The position numbers and the translations under genes are program-made. Source: an uncultured Clostridia bacterium (lineage in GTDB: Bacteria; Bacillota; Clostridia; UMGS1883). From it: a DNA stretch of 64,000 nucleotides. Below the pieces are notes generated by a model, which was given only the letters and a program-made list of their open reading frames with translations, was not told the origin of the DNA and did not search any database. This document shows, one piece after another, positions 57,435 to 64,000 of this stretch. Positions within the stretch are counted from its first letter, which is position 1. Each line of letters begins with the position of its first letter. The stretch covers positions 5,980 through 69,979 of the forward strand of contig CANPZO010000012.1 of the NCBI GenBank assembly GCA_947589005.1. The letters are read 5' to 3'.

Positions 57435-60400
57435 GTGAAAATGACGGTGCTGACCTGTCCCGGTCACGGGGCGCTGGAGGCGGAGATGCTGCGGCTGATG
57501 AAAACGGACGCCGCCATGACGGACAGGGGGGCCGTAGTTATCGTGCCGGACCAAAGCTCCTTCTCGGAGGAGGAAAGGCTGGTCTCCGCCTTTGGCGTGG
57601 CCGGATTGGGCAACCCGGAGGTGCTCAGCTTCAAGCGGCTGTACTACAAGCTCAGCGTGCGCTTCCCCTCGGGCAAAAAGCGCCTTACGCCCGCCGCCAG
57701 GGAAATGGCGGTCATACACTCCCTTGCCTCCATCGACCCGAGGGAGTTCCGGCTGTTCAGGGGCGTGCTTAAAAAGCGGGAGCTTGCCCCCGCTGTCAGC
57801 GCCCTGATAACCGGCTTCAAGCGATACGGCGTAACGGCGGAAAAGCTGCGCGTCTGCGACGAGGGCCTGCCGGAAAATCTGCCCCTTAAGAAAAAAATAC
57901 ACGACTGCTTCAAAGCCTTGGAAAGCTATGACCGCTTTATGGAAAGCGGCGCCCTCTCGGACGCGGACGACGACATGACCGAGCTGGCGGATATACTCGG
58001 TCGGGAGGACTGCGGCTTTTTTGACGGGCGGTCGGTATACATCAGCCACTTTTCGGATTTGAACCGGGCGCAGCTGGGCTGTGTGACGGCCATCTGCCGC
58101 CGGGCGGAAAAGGTCGTCGCGGCGGTGGTATGGGAGGACAAGCCCGAGTTTGCCACCACAAAAAAGCTCATACGCTCCCTTCGCGAGGCGGCGGAGGAGG
58201 CCGGGGGCGGCTTTGTTATGCGGCCCCTGACCTATACCGACCGGCGGCCGGAGCCGCTGGCCTTCCTCAGCGCCGGCTTTTACGGCGGCGAGGGCAAATA
58301 CGACCGAACCGTGGACAGGAGCCTTTTCCTCCACGCGTCCAAGACCCCCGCCGACGAGGTGCGCCACGCGGCGGCGGCAATAACAAGGCTGGTAAAAAGC
58401 GGCAGCCGCTACCGGGACATAACCGTGGCCGTGCGCGGCATGGAGGATTACGCCCCATATATCAAGCGCATCTTCCCCATTTACTCCATTCCCGTCTTTG
58501 CCGACACCACCCGCCCCCTGTCGGGGCACAGCGCCTCGCGCTATCTGCTGTCGGCGATGGAGCTGGCGATATACGGCTTTACCCACGAAAACGTGTTCAC
58601 CTTCGCCAAAAACCCTTTCGCCCCTCACGGCGGCGACTGCGGGGCGCTGGAGGATTACTGCGTGGAGGCGGGGGTCCGCTCCTGGAACTGGGGGGAGGAT
58701 TTCACCTTTGTGCGCGGCGCCTACAGCTCGCTTGACTACAACGGCAAGGTCGCTCCCGAGGATTTGGAGCTGATAAACGAACGTCGGCGGGAGCTTTTTG
58801 AGCTTATCGAGCCCCTGCGCGTCTGCCTGTCCGAAAAGCGTTCCGGCAAAGACTTTGCCCGGGGGCTTTACGACTTCATCATCGCCGGCGGTCTGCCGGA
58901 AAAGGCCGAGGCCGCCGCAAGGCTCCAGGAGGAGAACGGCGACGGCCGCGGCGCGGCGGAAACCCGTCAGGTCTACGACCTGCTGATGGACATACTGGAC
59001 GACATCTGCACGGTCTTCGGCGACAGCGAGCCGGAGCCCGTTGACCTTTACGAGGCGGTAAAGACCGCCTGCTCCGCCGTCAAAGTCGGGGCCGTCCCCA
59101 CCGCGGCGGACAGCGTCGTCTACGGCGACATCGAGCGCATGAAGGGCGGCAGGGACAGGTACGTGTTCGTGCTGGGGCTCAATGAGGACGTATTCCCGCG
59201 CTCCTTTGCAAACAGCTCGATTTTTTCCGACTACGAGGCCGAGACCCTGCGTGACCGCTGGGGCATCGAGCTGCCGCCGGGGACGGCGGAAAAGGCCGAA
59301 AACGAAAAGCTGGTGGTCTACGACGCCCTGTCCTTCGCCGAGGAAAGGCTGTACCTCAGCTACAGCGTGGGGCTGCCCGACGGACGCAACCTGCGCCCCA
59401 GCTCCGTCATACGCCGGGTGAAGGAGCTTTTCCCCAGGCTGCGGGAGACCGAGGACCTGAGCCCAAACAGCGGAGAATATCTCTGCGCCACAAAGGAGGC
59501 GGCCTTCCTCGAGCTGGGGACGGCCCTGGGCGAGAAAAGGCCCGGCAGATTTTGGGAAATGATACGCGCCCTCCTGTCAACCGACCCCGTCTACGGGCCC
59601 AGGCTCGGCCGGCTGGAAGCGGACCGGGGCCGCAGCTTCATCGACGCGGAGGAGCTGGAGCCGGAGCTTTTGCAAAAGGTGCTGGGGCCGGAGCCGGCCC
59701 TCAGTCCATCCCGGCTGGAAACCTACGGGAGCTGCCCGTTTTCGTACTTTTTAAAATATATACTGCGCCTCCGTGAACGGACGCCCATGAATATCAACTT
59801 TGCCGACAGCGGCAATATGCTCCACAACATCATCGACGGCTTCTGCGCCGGGGTCGAGCGTGACAAGGGCGGCGACTGGTCAAAGGTTGACGACGCCTAC
59901 ACCGAGCGGGCCTTCGCCTCCGTCTGCGGGGAGATACGCCGCGGCCTCAGCCGCCAGATAGCCGAGGACCCGAGGCTGATGACGGCGGTGAAGCGCATCG
60001 AGGCCGCCGCCCGCAAGTGCGTTGACGAGATACGCCGCCAGATAGCTGACGAGCTTTTCGTGCCCGTGGGGGCCGAGGTCGTCATAGGCGACGGCGGACA
60101 GATACCCCCCACATATATAGACCTGCCCTACGGCGGCAGGGCCAAATTTACCGGCCGCATCGACCGGGCCGACGTGCGCACCGCCCTTGTCACCGACGAG
60201 GACGGCACCCAGCGCATGGCGGAGCTTGTGCGTATAATAGATTACAAAAGCAGCAAAAAGGAGCTTGACCCGGGCAAGGTGCTGTCCGGCCTGCAACTAC
60301 AGCTTTTCGCTTATATGGACAGCTATACCGCCGCGAAAGAAAACTCCCGTCCGGCGGGAGTCCTGTACTTCACCCTTTCCCCCAGGCTTGAGGAGCTGCC

Positions 60401-60737
60401 CATCGGCGAGGAGCTGCCGCCCCGTCCGGGCCGTCTCACCGGCCTTGCGGTCGAGGGCCGCATGGACGGCGGCGACGGCATCGAGACCGTCACCCCCGCC
60501 CAGATGAGGACCATACTCAATTACGTCCGCAAAAGCGTCGCCGGTATCGCCGGACGCATAAGCCGCGGCGAAATACCTCTGTCCCCCATACGGGACGGCG
60601 GCAGGCTCAGCTGTGAGACCTGTCCGTGCCTCGGCGTCTGCCGTTTTGACTTGCGCGGCCGTGAGGACAGGGTGCGGAGCGTGCCCTCGCTCACCGCGGC
60701 GGAGGCCGTCGAGCTTATGGAAAAGGAACAGTGCTGA
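57435..60737 (+). CDS. addB: ATP-dependent helicase/nuclease subunit B, RexB-like (no Walker A)
   Basis: C-terminal PD-(D/E)xK nuclease with Fe-S cysteines (RLETYGSCPFSYF ... CETCPCLGVC), iron-staple arrangement typical of AddB. N-terminus CPGHGALEA lacks GKT. GTG start after AGGAGG RBS. Confidence 0.85.
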   Translation: MKMTVLTCPGHGALEAEMLRLMKTDAAMTDRGAVVIVPDQSSFSEEERLVSAFGVAGLGNPEVLSFKRLYYKLSVRFPSGKKRLTPAAREMAVIHSLASIDPREFRLFRGVLKKRELAPAVSALITGFKRYGVTAEKLRVCDEGLPENLPLKKKIHDCFKALESYDRFMESGALSDADDDMTELADILGREDCGFFDGRSVYISHFSDLNRAQLGCVTAICRRAEKVVAAVVWEDKPEFATTKKLIRSLREAAEEAGGGFVMRPLTYTDRRPEPLAFLSAGFYGGEGKYDRTVDRSLFLHASKTPADEVRHAAAAITRLVKSGSRYRDITVAVRGMEDYAPYIKRIFPIYSIPVFADTTRPLSGHSASRYLLSAMELAIYGFTHENVFTFAKNPFAPHGGDCGALEDYCVEAGVRSWNWGEDFTFVRGAYSSLDYNGKVAPEDLELINERRRELFELIEPLRVCLSEKRSGKDFARGLYDFIIAGGLPEKAEAAARLQEENGDGRGAAETRQVYDLLMDILDDICTVFGDSEPEPVDLYEAVKTACSAVKVGAVPTAADSVVYGDIERMKGGRDRYVFVLGLNEDVFPRSFANSSIFSDYEAETLRDRWGIELPPGTAEKAENEKLVVYDALSFAEERLYLSYSVGLPDGRNLRPSSVIRRVKELFPRLRETEDLSPNSGEYLCATKEAAFLELGTALGEKRPGRFWEMIRALLSTDPVYGPRLGRLEADRGRSFIDAEELEPELLQKVLGPEPALSPSRLETYGSCPFSYFLKYILRLRERTPMNINFADSGNMLHNIIDGFCAGVERDKGGDWSKVDDAYTERAFASVCGEIRRGLSRQIAEDPRLMTAVKRIEAAARKCVDEIRRQIADELFVPVGAEVVIGDGGQIPPTYIDLPYGGRAKFTGRIDRADVRTALVTDEDGTQRMAELVRIIDYKSSKKELDPGKVLSGLQLQLFAYMDSYTAAKENSRPAGVLYFTLSPRLEELPIGEELPPRPGRLTGLAVEGRMDGGDGIETVTPAQMRTILNYVRKSVAGIAGRISRGEIPLSPIRDGGRLSCETCPCLGVCRFDLRGREDRVRSVPSLTAAEAVELMEKEQC

Positions 60738-60780
60738 CCCCAATTAAAATCGGCCCGCACCCCGTTTATAATGTTAAAAT

Positions 60781-60826
60781 AATACCGCGCAAAGACCGTT
60801 AAGGGACTTCGCGCGGTATTGTTTAC
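60781..60826 (+). terminator. Hairpin terminator after addB, abutting the MITE-like element
   Basis: AATACCGCGC-(20-nt loop)-GCGCGGTATT followed by GTTTACTT. Confidence 0.5.
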
Positions 60827-61220
60827 TTAAGCACAGGGGAGTCGAACCCCGTGCGCCGTGCGGGGTGTATTTTCCCGTATGCGGCGTCATCGTCGAAGCT
60901 GACCTCATATCGCAACTTCTGATTTTTGCGAAAATCAGAAGTTTGGCTCAATCGGTCGCTTCTCCTCTTCCCACAAAACAACAAAGTTGTTTTGTGGGGC
61001 TTGATAGTGCTCGGAATACGTCAGTATTCCGAGGAACCTTTTCCTTGCCTACGAAAAAATATCTACCCGCACGGTCCGAAGGAGTTTAAAGCGAGCAAAA
61101 TTTTTCTCAGGCAAGGCAAAAAGCGCAGGAAGGCTGACGCCTGCCGAGCATTTTTAACGCGGCATGAGGGAAATTTTGCCGCTTTAAACCGTCGCGGTGT
61201 TCGACTCCCCTGTGCTTATA
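60826..61220 (-). mobile_element. MITE-like element copy B (395 bp), inverted relative to copy A, carrying a 120-bp nested insertion of an R-family structured repeat (60914-60997)
   Basis: Ends CTTAAGCACAGGGGAGTCGAAC ... GTTCGACTCCCCTGTGCTTATA. Reverse complement of copy A aligns at about 95% identity on both sides of the insertion tcgtcgaagctgacc...gcttgatagtgc. Confidence 0.7.
60914..60997 (-). repeat. Structured repeat R3 (hairpin - GGAAGAGGAGAAGCGACCGATTGAGCCAA - hairpin) nested inside MITE copy B
   Basis: Hairpins CCACAAAACAAC-tttg-TTGTTTTGTGG and AACTTCTGATTTTcgcAAAAATCAGAAGTT flank a core collinear with R1/R2 (read on minus strand). Confidence 0.5.
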
Positions 61221-62442
61221 TCTGCCCGTTTTCCGCGGCCTCTTCCGGAGCCGTGGGCTTATACTCGGTCAGCACACGGATCGTCCTGTCAAAGCTGACG
61301 CTGTCGCTTGGCGTATACAGGCGCAGGGTCACCTTTATGCTTCCACCGTCGTAGCCGCCGGTGTTATAATGAAAATATATTTTTTCGCCGTTTTCGATGT
61401 TCAGGCTGTCGTACTGATAGCCCGCGATTGGAATATCGTTCACCAGCCACTCGCCCTTCTGGACGGTGGGGGTGACGACGCCGCCCAGCTCGGCGCAGAC
61501 GGTGAAATCCTCGTCAAAGTACACCTGCTCCGGCGCGTCGATGCCGCAGCTTATATCGTAAAACTCCCGTATCCTTTCGCCGCAGTTTTCGAAGCCGAAG
61601 TCAAGCAGCTTTTCCGACTCGGTAAAGCTTTGGGGGCGGCTTTCGGTCCCGAAAACCGCCGAAATTATCCTGCGCCCGTCTTTGACGGCGGTGGAGGTCA
61701 GGCAGTAGCCGGACTGATTGGTAAAGCCCGTTTTCAGCCCGTCCGTCCCGGCGTAGGCGTAGGGCATCCCCGGCAAAAGCTGGTTCGTGGACCAGTAAAT
61801 CTTTCCCTCCCAGACGATTTTCGCCGCCGAGCTGTAATTCAAAATCATGGGGTAGTCCAAGACGGCCTTCCTTGACAGGGCGGCCATGGAGCGGGGCGTT
61901 ATGTAATTGTACTCGCTTATGCCGTAGCTGTCGGTAAAGTACGCCGTAAGCCCCATTTTGGCGGCGTATTCGTTCATAAGGGCGACAAACTCCGCCTCGC
62001 CGCCGGATATGGCCTCGGCGAGGGCCACCGCCGCGCCGCAGGCCGAAGCCGTGCACACCGCCGATATCAGGCTGTCAACGGTGTAGCTCTCCCCCTGTAT
62101 GAGCGGGACGTTGCTAAGGCCCTTTTCGGCCGCCACCCGAGCGGCGTTTTCGCTTACGGTCACGGGCGAGTCAAGGGTCAGGCCGCGGCCGTCCATTTCG
62201 CTGAAAAACACATACAGCGTCATGATCTTTGTCATGCTGGCCGGAACGAACGTCTCGTCGGCGTTTTTTTCATAAATGACATAGCCGGTGGCGCAGTCCG
62301 TCACGACGGCGCCGGCGGCGGACGTTTCCAGCGCGAGGGAGGGCGCTCCGTAAAGGCTCAGCGAAACGGCCAGAATAAGCGCCGAATATTTTTTGCCCGC
62401 GCCGGTAATAAGCCGGATAAAAAACGATTTGTTCTTTTTCAA
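61216..62442 (-). CDS. Serine-type D-alanyl-D-alanine carboxypeptidase (PBP5/DacB-like) with extra C-terminal domain
   Basis: Signal peptide; SxxK motif ASMTKIMT, SGN-like and KTG motifs (LKTGFT); about 130-aa C-terminal beta-rich extension. TTG start with GGAGGTG RBS. Stop codon lies in the last 3 nt of the MITE TIR. Confidence 0.85.
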   Translation of the reverse strand: MKKNKSFFIRLITGAGKKYSALILAVSLSLYGAPSLALETSAAGAVVTDCATGYVIYEKNADETFVPASMTKIMTLYVFFSEMDGRGLTLDSPVTVSENAARVAAEKGLSNVPLIQGESYTVDSLISAVCTASACGAAVALAEAISGGEAEFVALMNEYAAKMGLTAYFTDSYGISEYNYITPRSMAALSRKAVLDYPMILNYSSAAKIVWEGKIYWSTNQLLPGMPYAYAGTDGLKTGFTNQSGYCLTSTAVKDGRRIISAVFGTESRPQSFTESEKLLDFGFENCGERIREFYDISCGIDAPEQVYFDEDFTVCAELGGVVTPTVQKGEWLVNDIPIAGYQYDSLNIENGEKIYFHYNTGGYDGGSIKVTLRLYTPSDSVSFDRTIRVLTEYKPTAPEEAAENGQI

Positions 62443-62652
62443 ATGTACTCACCTCCGTAAGGTCATTATAGCACAAAAAGAAATATTTGCCAAGTGTAAA
62501 TATATAAAATAATAAACAAATTTTCCGCCGAAGCGTATGGGCCCCTCCGCCTCGGCGGAAACGGCGGGGACGTCCGTTAAAATACCTTGACATTTTTTGA
62601 ATTTGGTGTATAATTATATTATAATATATGCCCCCTAAAAGGAGGAAATGTC

Positions 62653-63942
62653 ATGGAAGACCAGAACGACACCCAAATAGACCTTGCAAAGGTAGTTAAA
62701 GCCATTTTCCGTAAGCTGCCGGTCATAGGAGCGATTACCGTGATTTTCGCGCTGGCGGCTTACGCGTACTGCCTGTGGTTCATGCCGCCGGTCTATTCAA
62801 CGCACGTAAGTTTTAACGTGACAAACTATCAGGGCTATTCGGAGTCAATGAAGGTGCAGTCCTCGGACGTTACCACCTCCAATATCCTGGTCTACAGCTA
62901 CGCGGCCATGATGAAAACCGACCGCGTCCTCGACGAGGTGGCGAAAAACACCGGCCTCGGCTACAGCGCGGCCCAGCTTTCGTCAATGATAAGCGCCTCC
63001 GGCATGATGGACGAGACTCAGCTTCTCGAGGTCACGGTCCGCTGCAACAGGCCCGACCACGCCCAGACCATAGCCAATGTCGTGGCGGACGTGGCTCCCG
63101 CCGTTATTCAGGAGGTCATCAAGGGCAGCAGCGCCGAGGTCATCGACTATCCGAAGCTGCCGAGCCGCCCCATATCTCCCAACCCCATAAGAATTGCCCT
63201 GATAGGCGCTTTGATCGGTCTGGTGCTGAGCGTCGCCGGAGTGCTTTTGGCGGAAAAATTCGATTTGAGGATAAAGAGCGCCGAGGGGCTCGCCGCGGAC
63301 TTTGACCGGCCCGTGCTGGGCACGGTTTCCGGCGGCGAGGGATATACGGAGCTTAAGAACAATATCCGCTTTTCATTTACCGAGCGGGGCTGCCGACGGG
63401 TGGCGGTCACGGATACCGGCGACGGCGCAGGCAAGGAAAGGGTGGCGGCGAGGCTGGCGTCGGCCCTGGCCGGTGACGGCAAAAGGGTGCTGCTGATAGA
63501 CGCCGACCCCGGACGCGCGGGCATAGACGGCATTTTCGGTCTAAATCCGCTGCCCGGCCTCAGCAATGTGCTGGTGGGCGACGCGGAGCTCGGCGAGGCG
63601 ATGAGGAAGGACGTCCGCCCGGGCCTTGACGCCATATGCGCCGGCAGCGTGCCCCCAAGCCCCGTGGAGCTGCTTGGCTGCCGCGAAATGCGGGCCCTCA
63701 CGGACGGGCTTGCGGACGGATACGATTACATCATTCTTTCCGCCCCCGCCGCCGTGGGCGAGGCCGAGGGCCGGCTGCTGAGGGAGCTGAGCCACGGCGT
63801 GGTTTCCGTCGTGCGGGCAAGGAGCACCGGAACCGACAAAATAAGGGCCGCCGCGGACATACTGAGCGCGGCTCAGGCCCGCTTGATAGGCTTTGTATAC
63901 AACACCGACAAAAAGAACGCAAGGGAGGCTCAAATTAAATGA
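62653..63942 (+). CDS. Capsular polysaccharide Wzz/CpsC chain-length domain fused to CpsD-like BY-kinase domain (atypical P-loop GAGKE, no C-terminal Tyr cluster)
   Basis: N-terminal TM plus Wzz periplasmic domain plus second TM (IRIALIGALIGLVLSVAGVLLA). Then VAVTDTGDGAGKERVA (Walker A-like), VLLIDADPGRAG (A'), YDYIILSAPAA (Walker B-like). AAGGAGG RBS. Confidence 0.8.
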   Translation: MEDQNDTQIDLAKVVKAIFRKLPVIGAITVIFALAAYAYCLWFMPPVYSTHVSFNVTNYQGYSESMKVQSSDVTTSNILVYSYAAMMKTDRVLDEVAKNTGLGYSAAQLSSMISASGMMDETQLLEVTVRCNRPDHAQTIANVVADVAPAVIQEVIKGSSAEVIDYPKLPSRPISPNPIRIALIGALIGLVLSVAGVLLAEKFDLRIKSAEGLAADFDRPVLGTVSGGEGYTELKNNIRFSFTERGCRRVAVTDTGDGAGKERVAARLASALAGDGKRVLLIDADPGRAGIDGIFGLNPLPGLSNVLVGDAELGEAMRKDVRPGLDAICAGSVPPSPVELLGCREMRALTDGLADGYDYIILSAPAAVGEAEGRLLRELSHGVVSVVRARSTGTDKIRAAADILSAAQARLIGFVYNTDKKNAREAQIK

Positions 63943-64000
63943 TAGATTTTCACACGCACATACTGCCGGGCATAGACGACGGCAGCAAGAACAGCCAAAT
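63939..64000 (+). CDS. cpsB: PHP-family protein-tyrosine phosphatase CpsB/Wzb-like, N-terminus only (runs off window)
   Basis: MIDFHTHILPGIDDGSKNSQ is the hallmark CpsB N-terminus (HTH...DDG metal site). ATGA overlap with the upstream gene. Confidence 0.7.
   Translation, partial: MIDFHTHILPGIDDGSKNSQ

Overview
This is a high-GC (about 60-65%) Gram-positive chromosomal segment. SLH-domain surface proteins and conserved Firmicutes synteny suggest a Clostridia / Oscillospiraceae-like genome. The housekeeping backbone includes an XRE regulator (partial), smpB-rnr-secG and argS. It continues with mscL, a short his cluster (hisZ-hisG-hisH-hisF), a sugar-acid module (kdgK, LUD-domain protein, KduD-like SDR) and metA. 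Next come ppdK, a tRNA-Asn/Glu/Met cluster, recJ-relA, and der-plsY-gpsA with two FAD flavoproteins. The long-form SRP RNA sits upstream of dnaX-ybaB-recR-patatin-hisS, followed by addB (rexB-like), a DacB-type carboxypeptidase and the start of a capsule locus (Wzz/BY-kinase fusion plus cpsB). Large secreted or surface proteins are abundant: two BspA-type LRR proteins (one with a transglutaminase-like domain), an SLH protein, a 5'-nucleotidase, and a 1419-aa GH43/LamG/Ig multidomain protein. Unexplained structure is concentrated in four places. (1) A MITE-like repeat family with tRNA-3'-end-like terminal inverted repeats occurs as 2 full and 2 fragmentary copies, one carrying a nested second element. 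(2) A second family of about 90-bp repeats pairs covarying hairpins with a conserved SD-like core. (3) A 3-kb AT-rich islet lies between the GH43 gene and hisS. It holds an orphan brnA with a 14-codon brnT remnant, an RHH protein, a lipoprotein, a ricin-B-lectin fusion protein and a zinc-ribbon membrane protein. (4) A second small AT-rich islet (16.3-17.5 kb) has an untranslated leader and two small membrane proteins. No CRISPR array, prophage or rRNA was seen. All calls are from reading the sequence and the supplied ORF translations; no database searches were run.
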